Source: Raillietiella orientalis
Taxonomy: Eukaryota
Length of the DNA: 64,000 nt
Assembly (NCBI GenBank): GCA_036172245.1
Contig: JAYWIR010000028.1
Coordinates: 2,418,001 to 2,482,000 of the forward strand
Direction of reading: 5' to 3'
Under the pieces are notes generated by a model. That model made no database searches. It saw only the letters and a list, made by a program, of their open reading frames with translations, and had not been told where the DNA came from. Shown in pieces: positions 38,925-50,180 of this stretch. Both the position numbers and the translations under genes were made by a program. The number at the start of each line of letters is the position of its first letter. The stretch's first letter is position 1.

Positions 38925-39281
38925 CAGGATCCTTCCTGTCGTGGTTTGTCCCGATATGAGTTCTCCAGCCCAATCTTTCGCCTCACTCATCAAATCACTC
39001 TTAAAGTTTTGTTTTTCCTTCCCATAACTCGCATAGGAAGCATTTGCTATTAATGTCTTCTTAGGGTCTTCCTTCTTGTGATCCATGGCAGAGAAGTTCT
39101 TCCTCAAGAAAATGAAAGCGAAAGCTCGATATATGAGGACGATGAATATTCCTGCCAGGAAAGTAAATATGCTGGAAAAAAGGAAACACCACCATTTTCT
39201 GTCCTTCAGACACTCAATTTCTTCTGGGGTCAGATTATCCGTTAGCTCCCGGAAATAAAGTTCACTTTTATCGAGGATCAT
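38925..39281 (-). CDS. slo: Slo1 coding exon 1: N-terminus, S0 helix and S0-S1 loop
   Basis: MILDKS...ECLKDRKWWCFLFSSIFTFLAGIFIVLIYRAFAF...SEAKDWAGELISGQTTTGRIL, then donor CTG|GTAAGT at 38924. ATG at 39281 is assumed as the start; an in-frame TGA lies 8 codons upstream, so any N-terminal extension would require splicing. Confidence 0.93.
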
Positions 39282-42200
39282 CTTGAAACTTTTAATCTGA
39301 GATCAAGTACCATGAAACTGGAAATATTTGTATTCGAATATCTGAAGTGAAGCAGTATGAACCTTCATGTCAACTCTCAGAGTATTCCGAGGAAGAATCT
39401 AAAAGACATAATTCAAAATTAGCAATTGGTAGATGAGCTCTAATCAGCAGGAGATAACACGAAGCAAAGAACTCATTCGCTTCCACGAGTGGGCAAAAGA
39501 GCGCGAATCCGGAAATCATCCGTAAGTCATCGCTTTGGAACACGGGATTCGCGAAAACGGGAATCGGATTCCTCTACACCATGCAGAGAATCCCGGGACA
39601 ACTAACGAAATCGGAAACGGAAAAAATCCTCCAGGACTCGGGTTCCAAGAGAATTCAGCCAACTCTTCCGCTGGAGGGAAAGTGCGATGAATGTTTTCCT
39701 ACTCCTAAGAAAACAGATCTTTCAATTCAGAGATTTCAGCCGATTCAAACGCACGATGCTTTCCCAAAGAAGCCGACCCAAAAGAGGCCAATAGCCAGGA
39801 CCTTCCCGCATCCCGGTTCGTTTCCGGGACTCTCGCAGGCACCTAACGTTCCGCCTAAGGAAAAGAGGATTTTCGTTTCCCCTTGCGATGATTAAAACCA
39901 TCTCGAAGCGGGAAAGGGAGGCTGAAAAACAGGAAAGTTGATTTTCGTCACGCCCTTGGGCAGAAACAGAGCCGACGTGCTCGAGGACTAATCATTTTAA
40001 ATTTGACGTGACCAACTTTTCGTTCCGAAGGGAGGCGGAAATCAGGGGATGACGTCGAGAGATAAGGACTCGGGGGACAGCAGGAACTGTATCAGGGAAC
40101 AGTCGAAGAGTTCATGATGTAAATCTGCAGCTTTCATTACGGAATTCTGGATCGAATCCAATTAGTGGTCTTCGGATGCGAATCGTAATTTTAATTCGAC
40201 TTTTCCCTCAAATGAAAAGTATCGTGACGTACGGTGTGGAACGGAAAAATTCTTACAGGCACATGAGAGCATCCAGCTGCTGTCTCACTCATACGTCAGA
40301 CTTTCTATTGGTGTACACACACTTATCGAGCACATGCGTACCTTCACAAAGTCTGCAGTGAGAGCCGTTTTCCCTCGAAAACTCTGCAGCGATGCCCTGG
40401 TTGTATTTTCGTCCATTCTATTTATCATTTGCTATGTAGTTGGTTTACTCTTCAGTTCATTAATCGGCACTTTTATTATTCAGTTACGTTTTTGCGCATG
40501 TGAGCTCATAATGACAATACAAAACGATTAACGCGAGAACAGTCAGAACGAGGTATTTCACGTCTAGCAAGCCTTTTGCGTACAACGGGAGCAGGGATAT
40601 GGAAGAACTTCGAGTACCGTAAAAGGGGAAGGTTCGATCAGCTGTTGATCTAAGGCAGAAAACGAAGACGTCCCTGGAATCCGAGGCATGCCAAGATGTG
40701 GACCGGATCTCGATCAAGCAAAAGAAGGGAAGCTTGGAATCCGACAGAGGTAAGAAAAGGCAAAACACAAACACATTTAGTAAACTCCTCTTCCAAATAA
40801 GGCGTGGCAAATGGAGCGCCAAACCGAAAAGTGTTCGTGCAGCACTGATGAAAGAGTCACTGAGCTGAAGCGAAACTTGAAATCCCTCCAGCAGAGTACC
40901 GCGAGCTGCTCGCGATCACGGGGAAGCCTTCTGTGCCGCAGAGACTCCCGCGCGAGAGGAAAAACCACGGCAACGTTGACCCGAAGGAGGAACAGCCCTC
41001 GGGCCGGCTGAGCCGCTGATTCTCTTCGAACACGGAGTCTGCTTCTTCGGCAGCTCCGGAAACACCTTTCGAACGGAAACTTTCCCTGCAGTGGAGAAGC
41101 TCAGGACTCAATCGTAGAAGCCCTGCTACCCAGATCCACTCTAAGAGTAAGTCGCAAATGTGGCTGATATTCCGTGGATGCGAACGAGGAGACCGTTGCG
41201 ATGGACAGGGAAATGAAGCTGAGGTTATCGGCTATCGAAAGTCAATTATCGAAGAACGAGTGAATAACAATCGCGGTGCAGAAGAACATCCTGATGAAGT
41301 CTCAGGCTGCTGTCAAGGAATCACGCAAATGACGGGCACATCGAAACCAATGGGCTGTCCAGTCGTTTTTAAAAGCGTCGAGTCGTTCCTCATTAGTTTT
41401 ATTTGGTCACCGTTGTTTCCAGCGCTTGCGAATGTATTCACGGTTCCTTTCGGTTCCATCTGCCATGGAAATTTCTCATTTCCAACTCAGTTTCACAGAG
41501 TGGCAGTAATTTGTCTCATTCCATCGTCCTTGAAGCCTTCGCACATATGTTCGTCCATCTCACACGAGTTACGATTAGACACCCAAAGCATTTTGCTCTC
41601 TTGGAACTTTCGAGCACAGCAGAAATTTCGAGGTTCCTGCAGCCACTCGCATTGCAGCTCTAAGGATGATTGATTGTGACCACGATTGCACTCGGTTATT
41701 CCCTGCTGCCAACCCAGCAAGGAGCGAGTTATCCACTCCTTGAAAATCCCTGCTCTTTTTTTTCTTTTTCTTTTTTTTTTTTTACCATCCCTCCAATGAC
41801 CTCAGCATCGCAGGAATCAGTCAGCGGCGATCATCGGGGATGTTCCGGTCCTCAAGGCCACTTTTTTGCGGATCGTCCTTTTTTCTTTTTCCTCAAGCTC
41901 CGCGGCATCCCGACTTTCGTGTATCCATTGCAGCTACTACTTTGTCTCCAGGCGGAAGCTCTCATTCTTCAGCTTCGTTGTCTGCCGCTTCGTTCACGCA
42001 TTCCACGCCGGATGAATCGTAGTTGTTTTTTTGTGTGATTCGGTCATCAGGAATCCCGGCTGATTCCCGAGTCCCGCGATGCCTATTCCCGTCATTTGGA
42101 AACCCGCGTGCACATCCGATGACCAAAACAGTCACCCCAAAGGGCAGAGCTGAGCACCCGATCACGTCTCTGGACGAACGACCGCGCGCGTTCGACTCCG

Positions 42201-45200
42201 AAATCCTGCAATCGCACCATCTCGGAGATGAGCTCCCGCAAGCCGGGCTCGAAGCATCCGGACGTTTTCCCCGGGAATCTTCCTCCGGCCAAAAGGATGC
42301 CCGGAGCTCAGCGTCCGGCGCGAAGCCGCATCCTCCGTGATGCCGTTGGAAACACTTTGACCTGACTGGTTCTGGTCTTCCTTCCGGCTTCGACCCGCTC
42401 TACGATCTATCTGAACGCCTTCGAAGGCGCCTTTCTGCTCTCCGAACCAAAGGCAGCAGTGGTCAGCCGAAACGCCCTTGCAGGTCGCATGGCGTTGGTC
42501 TTCGGGCAGCCTCGGAAAGGAAAGAAATTGCGACCCGCAAAGTACGAGATGCAAATTTTGAGGAAGACCGAAAGGGGAAGCAGAAGAAAAAAAAAAAAAA
42601 AAAAGGAAGCGCACGTCCACAGAGGGTTGCGATGGTGATTTCTCAATCAGATTACTGTAATGGCATGCGCCACTCGCTTGCTTACTTAGCCAAAAGTTAG
42701 TTGTGGCTCGATAATAATTTATGGAATTACTCATCTTTTGTAATTTTTGTCTTCCTCTGGCGCAAGCAATCCACGACGGGAATCATTGATTTTTTGGCAC
42801 GACTTTCGTGGGTTTTCAGCTTTAGCGGGACTCTCTCTTCCTGTCCATTCAAATTTTTCCCGGACCAATTCGTTTCCTTTTTTGCATCCGGGCTCGTTCT
42901 AAGCTTCGTATCCTATCGATCCCGAGTGGCGACTTTGAAATTCACGGGACAGTGGACGCGATCGTCCTCATTAGTTGACGTGTGAGTGTGAGCGTGGAGA
43001 AATAAATGGTACTCCGTGGCGCTACACGGCAAAATGCTACACACCACCATCACTTTGAGACAAAACACTTTGCTGATTTTTTTTTTTTTTTTCTTCGAAA
43101 GAAAACAAAAGAGAGAAGAGGATGCTTGCGAATAGAAAGTGGTCATTTCGTGATATCCTTCAAGTATCATCAGGGTGAAATGCGAATACGAAATTCTTCT
43201 GCAGACAGATGCTAGAGATTCATCTTTTGCCACACACACACACGTCACATATAATTTGAATGCTCCGAGATGCTGGCTGGATAGCAAAGTTGTCGTTCAC
43301 ACTACCTCGCTGGAATGGCCATGGAAACGACTCTGCTGATGCAAAATGAAAAGTCCAACTACGTGGGGGGAAAGGAGGAGGGCGGGGGGAATGATGCGAT
43401 TAGAAAAGTGCAAGAACATGGCGATTAGAGCCCGAATGGCACATTTAAAAATAAGATTCATTTCTCTTAGTGGATCAGCAGATGACTTCAACCCCTTCCC
43501 TTTCCTAATTTATCTGGCAGGACGTGAAGAGCGCGCTAATTTCCGCCCGTGCATGCCAACGATATAAACCGTCAAATCGACCTCGTGGCGAGCTGCAAGG
43601 CAGTTAATAAGGTAAACTGAAAATTCTCCTTTCTGTAAAAGTCGTCTTTCGCTTGCTCCAGATGAAAAACTGTGGCAGTTACGGACGGCGCGTTTGCCTC
43701 GCACGCGGATCCGCTCCCGGAGCACAACCCTGTCCTGCGTTCCCGGAAAATAGGAATGCGTCGTTGGAGCGCCGCGACTCGCGCCAGACACGAAATATTC
43801 CCTCCGTTTCTCCGGAAACGGAGGACTCATCTACTCAACTCGTTCCCCTTTTGAACGTGCGCTTTGGGATTCCACCAACTTCGGCGACATGTCGGTGCGC
43901 GGCGAACGCTCGCGCGTCCTCTTTTGCTTTGTTTTTGCTTTTCCCGGAAGCTCCGAGCTCCACGTGGCGCCCGGCGCATTTTTCCGTGCCATTCAAACAG
44001 GTGCGCGTGTGTACATGGACCCGGGTGGGACGCGGGTGAATGGAACTGCGACGTACTCGAACTGCAGGTCGGGAATGCAGACAGGTGAACGGAAAGAGCG
44101 ACCTCGGTCCCTCACTCACCCCCCCCCCCACGTCGAGTAGGAGGGGCTGGGGTCTCGTACCACGGAAGCGAACCGCCACTCACCTCAACCAGTGAGCACC
44201 ATCTGCTCTCGAGCGCCCTTCGCCGATCAGCCCCTTCCTTCCTTAACAACGGCTATCAGCTCTTCCCGACCGATCCCAAGGCAGGTTGACCCAAAGTGAG
44301 AACTCGCACTGTTCCCCAGGAGTGATTGATGCGATGAGGGGCGTGAAGCTCACGGATGCAGTGCCCCAGTCAGCTTTACGGCGTGATCGTGCCGAAGTGA
44401 GCGAGACGAGAAGATGGGAACACAAAAAGCATTGGCGCGTTAAGGGGAGGCGGCTCTCGGCAATCAATGGACAATCGTGGAAGATGGTTGCTCCCGAGCG
44501 TCGAGGACCTTCCTCTTCTCTCCTGCCATCCCAGGTGCCCAGGAGGCGAGCTTCCGCTTACGCGGCCGTTCTTACGAAGGGATGGGTGACACGTGGAGAT
44601 GACAGACGGGGAAGAAAGCCACGTGACACGTTCCTGCGACGGAAGCCGTTCCGTGTTTTTCAGCAGAGGGCTCTGAAGGACGGTTCCGGGGATTTTGGGG
44701 CCAGACTGCTGCGAAAAAAGCCGCGGAGCCTCGGCCGCGATGGCGTCGCAAACACGGAGGGTCTCTTCGTGTTTTGCGAAACTTCTCTCGTCTTTCTCGA
44801 TGAGGAGAATTAGTAGGGGACTTCGTTTACACCGGTCACGGTCCATCGGAAGGAGTGGAATTCCCCAAGGCTCGCTTCCCTGACGCCACTTGGCTTACCG
44901 AGCACGTAAGGGGAAAGATGAGAGAAAAAAGCGAAGGACATGAAGGAAGAAGGCACGGGTTGTGCACAAATGGTCGTAATCACGAAGAGTGTTTGCCACC
45001 GGATACTTCGTGAGAAGCGGGAAGAGGCTGGGAACCTGGAGCAGGAACTCTCTCAACGCGCCTTCATCGCCTTGGGTTTCTTGAAAAATCGATGGGGAGG
45101 CGTGGCTTAGCAGGAGCCACGGTGGAAGAGCTTCGCGGATTGGGACTGGGAAGCATGGAAAAATCCAGCGAAGGAAGGTTCCTACCCGCGTGCCGGGTCC

Positions 45201-48200
45201 GCGGGCAAGAATACCTGACCACTCCCGCCTGACCTCTGCGAGCAGTCCGCGGAGGAGTCGTCGCCGCCGCCGCCTGGTGGGTCTCTGAGGGATGCCGCGT
45301 CCGCTGTCGGACATCGCGATGGTGAGAGGGTTTCCCGACCAGAAACCGGAAGTTCTCGGAAGGATGAGGCTGCGTGGCTGAGAGCCACAACCTCACCACG
45401 AGGAGGAGATGATGCTCTCCGGGCAAGATTGCTACTAAGGGCGTTCTAGCTGGCTCCTGGATCAGCAACCGGACGCACGGGAAAACGAGAAAAGCTGGGG
45501 TGGGAGTCAGGGCTGGACAGCAGCACCGCCGCATGAAGAGGAGGACAGGGGGCTGGGCTGAAGCAAAGGAGGAGGAGGCTGGGGCCCGATTTTGATCTCC
45601 AAACCTTGGATCTCTCGGAAAGGAAAGAGCTGAGAGAGCAGCCAGCAGAGGTCAACAGATCCAAGCAACCGTCCACTTCCATCGGTGCGCGTATCCATCT
45701 CTTGTTTGGCTGTCCCAGAAGAGAGGAAAGAGAGCTGTTTGGAAAGGTTCTCCTTCTTTTTACCGGAGGACAAGTGAGGTGGGAGTACCTCGGAAGGGGT
45801 ACGGCAGCGGCGCACCTGATCTCCCGACACCTTCTATGAGGAACGTCGGTATCGAGGACAGATGAGGAATGGGGTTGATGGGATTCTTTACTCCCTCTCA
45901 TCTCCAGCGTGGCCTCGCCCGCTCGCCGATCACTTTTGTTCAAGGGAGTTCCTAATGCTCCCGGAGCCTGCTGAGAGGGCCGATCGGGACATCCCGAGTA
46001 GCGGATCGTCCTTGTCGTCACGGGTGCTCCGCATAGTCCCAGGAAAGAGACTGGAGGGGGGAGGAGGGAAGAAGATCCAATTTCGGGGAGCTCTTTCAAA
46101 AACGGTCGCACTCTCTTCCGTGCTTCTCAAGGTTGCCGGAAGGAATGCAGTCTGCGCGCACTCTCAGCAGCTTCTCGCGGTGCGGGAACCGTGTCGATGG
46201 CCTCTGATGGTATTTCCCAGCATGCGGGCAGGGCCGGGAACGATGGTCAAGCTTCGGCTCCAGGCACACGTCAGGGAGGCTGGCTGGACCATTTTTCTTT
46301 AATTCCGACGAAGATTGGATGCTGTCTCTCCCGAAAGTCTCGGTCTTTTACCGAATCCGAGGGTTTGCGCCCCCCTACCCCCTGCGAAACGCACGTCGAG
46401 GTCCCCCTCGTTCCCTAAGTCCCTGCGACTCCCGCCTAGAGGGACACCCTTCCATTCGTGCGCTCTCTTTCCTCCGCCGGGAAGAAGAATCATCCGGGAC
46501 GCGTCGCCTCAGGATGCGGCGGAGAGCGCCGCCGGATCCATCTGGCAGGACCGACTCCGCTCGCAGGGTCCTTGGCGCCTCCTCGTTCAAGGACGCCTCC
46601 TCGGCGGAGATCCGGCGGAGGCTCTCCAGTCTCCTTGACGCCGCACGAGGCAGCAACTGGAATAATGTCGGTCTCCGGTCCCTTGTCGAGGACTCCTTCT
46701 CCCTCCTCGTTGCACTCCTTGGATTCCTAGTGGCGGACGAAACGCGATAGACAGAGGAGCGTCTCCGAGGGATGATGCAAGTGAGCAACCCTTTTCCCCG
46801 GGTTCGCCTGGCCCTTTACGGCAATACCTTCCAGGGTAGAGGCTCGCTGGAAGACCTCGCGATGGAGAGCCTTCTTGGGGGCTGCCCAGGTTCCAGGCAG
46901 GCCGTTTACTTCTCCCTTCGGTGAGATTCCTTGGAACTTCCTTTCGTGGATTCCCCACTGCTTCCATAAGGGAGATTGCGAATCCTGCGTTTCGCCTTCT
47001 TCCCTTTCCCAGTCCAGCAGACGCCTATCTTCTTTCAGATATCGGGAGGAACTGCAGGTTCCCTTCCCTTCCAGGGTCTTCATGCGCAAAGGAGAAGGAA
47101 TTCGCCATCCTTCCCGCAGAAGTGCCTCGAAGGCACAAGCGTCTGCTAGCGTCCCCGCTTCCTCCCAGTCCGTCGAGAAGTCCCATTTTCCGGGAACCCT
47201 TAGGCGTGATCGGGAGTCTCTTCTCCGTCCCCTCCGGCATGCGTATGCCCTTGGCTCTTCTCGCACCGGAGTTTGGGCTGTGGACGTTACTCAGGCAGGG
47301 GAGGAGGGCAGTTCCCTTTCCCTCCTTTCATTCCTCCTCTTCTCTAGACATCCCTCGGACGATGACCGCGTCACCTCTCTAAAACAGAGGAAAAGCCAGC
47401 CGCAGGATTCTCTGGGAAGGCATCTTGCTGGCACTGTTTTCTGATGCGGAGGCGCCAAGGGAGTTCCTGGCTGCCTCCTTCCCGGTGCTCGTCCGAGGCA
47501 GTCCCTGGCGCGTTTCAGGGGAAGGAGACGGCACGTCTTCCGGCTTGCGTCCTTGCCCCCGTGTTCCGCAGTGCACTCGGAGTACGCGACCGGGCGGGGA
47601 GCGCCCTCGAACGGACGACGCCTTCCCCGAGCCACCATGGACTTTGGTTGTCACGAATCTTCTCCTCACCCCGCCACTTGAAAGGAAAGGAGGGTGGGAG
47701 TGGCTGATGAAAGATCCTCCTCGCCGCGTGGCCTGGGGGACCCCTCCGGAAAAGTGCATTTCTTCTTTCATTTTTCACCGCTGCATTGTTTTGGAAGACG
47801 AGGACCTCCTGCCGCCCATTTGAGTACCGCAGTCCTGAGAACCAGGTACAGGGACTACTCCCCTGTGATCCTCCAGTAGGGGCTCCTTGCTGGCGCGATG
47901 CTTACTCTCAGAGATCCTGGGGAAGGCGACTACTTCCGTATGTTCGCCCTTCACCAGCAAACTATTCCCTCCCGTAAGGAAGACAGCGGTCTATGGTGGT
48001 CGTTTGTTTCCCGAGGCGGTGGGATCTTCCTCTCAGGGTGGTGGGAGCAGGATCGCTGTCTTAGTTGCCCCCTGTTGGGATGCTGCAAGGAGCGCCCTTC
48101 CTACTCCCTATCCCCTTCCCCCGTTCAACTTCACGGGAAGACAGCGCAAAGGTTGCCGGCAGCCGGACTTGATCAGCGCTACTAGCCACCGCTGCAGTTG

Positions 48201-48593
48201 GGTGACCCCGAGGAGGTGGCTCCTGGCTGTCGGAAGCTGCATTCGCTTCCCTGTCTCTATTTTCAATTTTCTCTGAGGAGCACTGCCCGAAGGGAACAGA
48301 ACGTTTCTGATACTCTGGAGAGGCAACCCCCGAGAGGGGTAAAGCAGCTCCTTGGAACGCGATGCAGAATACCGCGAAAGGCTGAAAGGGATCGGCTCCA
48401 TTCACAACTGCAGGAAGAATCTCAAAGGGACAAGCCCGAAAAAATTGCTGGAAGACCTCGGATTCCCGGACTTCCAATCCCGGACAGTCGGGGTCATTCG
48501 GTTTCCAAAGTGCACTTGCGTCCCACCAGTGCCTCACCCCGAATCAAATGGCACCATCCTGCGGGGGGACAGAACTCGAAACCCTCGACTCAT

Positions 48594-48668
48594 CCCCATG
48601 CTCAGAGGATTCGAACCCTCGACTTCCGATGCCACATGCAGAAGCCGCAGCCACTCGCCCCTAGGGGG
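48594..48668 (-). mobile_element. Degenerate tRNA-like element (SINE head or tRNA pseudogene)
   Basis: Minus strand has an A-box-like GGGGCGAGTGG (48661-48651) and a consensus B box GGTTCGAATCC (48617-48607), 33 nt apart. The stems do not close into a proper cloverleaf. Confidence 0.4.
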
Positions 48669-48879
48669 AACTCGCACTTCTTTCACCCTCGTCCATCCCG
48701 GTGTCCAGAAGAAACTGCCTGCACAGAATGCACGCCGTACTTTTTCTGGAGGAAGGTCTTTGCGCTCCCTCCTGGAATGCCTTCTTGGGAGGTAACGACC
48801 GGATGGAGATCGGGACTCCCGCACGGGATTCGTCCGCCCACGCAGGAGGCACGCCTCACGCCTTGGGAGCGCGGATACA

Positions 48880-50180
48880 CATGAGATGCAAGTTCGTCCT
48901 TCTCTCGCTCCCTCCCCCCTGTCCCGGAAAGGAAGCCTGTTCCTTCTAGACGAGAGAGGATGGAAGGGGCGTCGTCCAGGGGGGAGCCAAGGTACGAGCG
49001 GCGCGAAGCCTCGTGGATTCCCGAAAGAGTCGCGGCGAAGGACGCTGCCCGCAAAACGCAGCCCTCCCCTTCCCCCTTCCCCCTTTCTTTCTTCCCGGAG
49101 GCCCCCTTACCTCCGCGAGGGCCGCGGGGAGCGTTGGCTGCGCGGCCCTACCGACGATGCGTCTTCCCGAGGGCAGAGCGCCAGCAGCAGCACTCCCGTC
49201 CGGCAGAGCGTCTCCTGGGGGAATGCGGAGCGCGCGCGTCGCCGCCGCCGCTGCCACCGCCGCCGAGCGTCCCGGATCGGGGGAGCCCAGGCAGGTACTG
49301 GTCGCGTCGGCGGGAACGGCGGGGGGAGGCGCGCGCAGGGAGGGCCATCGATTGGCGTGCGCGGCGGCGCCATGCATCCGCCGCCCCCAATCGATGTCGC
49401 TGCCGCCGCTGGAAGGCCCACGGACAGCATCGAAGGATGGGGGTGGGACGATCCGAGAGGCACCTCTCCCCGTCTCGCTTCCCTCCCCCCTTTCCCTCTT
49501 TCGGGATGCCGGCTGCTCCCACGCCGAACCTCGGGTGCACCCGCCCTACCGTGGTCCCGAGAAAAGTCCGAATCCCGCCTTCTTCCCGTTTCCGGGAAGG
49601 CGACTCTCTCCTTTCAGGCGGAAAGGGAGGGAGAGAGTCGTCCTAGGAGACACCAAGGGACGAGCGGCGTGAAAGTCCGTGGAATCCGGGAGCACAGACA
49701 GCACGGTGCTCTTCGTCCCTGCCCAGGGAAGGGGAAGGGGGATGGAAGAGGGTGTTCTGGGAGTAACTGGCCTGCTCCTCCCTCCCCTGTCGTCCCTCGC
49801 AGAAAGAAGGGAACTCTCCGCGCCACCGTGCCATCGAGAGGACAGCCACAGCAGCGCTTCCCGCAGCGACGGCACCGGGAGCGGCGGCGTCTCCAGCACG
49901 AGGGAGTCTATTTTCGGAGAAAGTCTCCTTTATTTTCGGGACGTCATTGGAGGGATCCTTCCCGCCGGGATCGCAGGGACTTTCGCTCTAGATTTGCTCC
50001 GTCGCCAGGAACGCGCGGGCGCCGTCGCAGGCACTTCCGACTCTCTACCTCCGACGGGAGCGCTTTCGGCTGAAGGGTTCTGTGACGGATGCGCGCCCGG
50101 AACTCCTGAAAGCAGGTTCTCCGAAGATGGTCGGATCCCGCTTCGGCGGCGGCGATAGCACCACCACGAGGAAGAGGAGG
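48880..50180. promoter_or_regulatory. GC/CpG-rich island, candidate promoter or 5'UTR region
   Basis: Visibly the most GC-rich tract in the window, with GCC runs (~49240-49265) and inverted CCAAT motifs (49351-49355, 49387-49391), ~10 kb upstream of the first slo coding exon. The function is inferred, not shown. Confidence 0.35.
48971..49689 (+). repeat. Diverged ~53-bp direct repeat pair (48971-49023 and 49637-49689)
   Basis: Cores CCAAGGTACGAGCGGCGCGAA (48987-49007) and CCAAGGGACGAGCGGCGTGAA (49653-49673) are 19/21 identical; both are flanked by GTCGTCC upstream and CGTGGAWTCC downstream. Confidence 0.8.

Larger units (their letters stand above)
11195..39281 (-). other. slo: slowpoke / Slo1 BK channel alpha subunit gene, 5' part (six coding exons, 316 aa); continues beyond position 1
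   Basis: Six exons with GT-AG boundaries and compatible phases (0,2,0,1,0, ending phase 0) join into one frame: 357+62+97+112+152+168 = 948 nt. Contains AKDWAGELISGQTTTGRIL, the S4 motif GLRFLRxLRL and the K+ filter TVGYGD. Confidence 0.97.

Noticed and set aside
48886..50073. Longest ORF in the track (395 aa, +)
   Set aside because: Arg/Gly/Pro/Ser-rich with no recognisable domain and overlapped by long ORFs in several frames, as expected from stop-poor GC-rich DNA.
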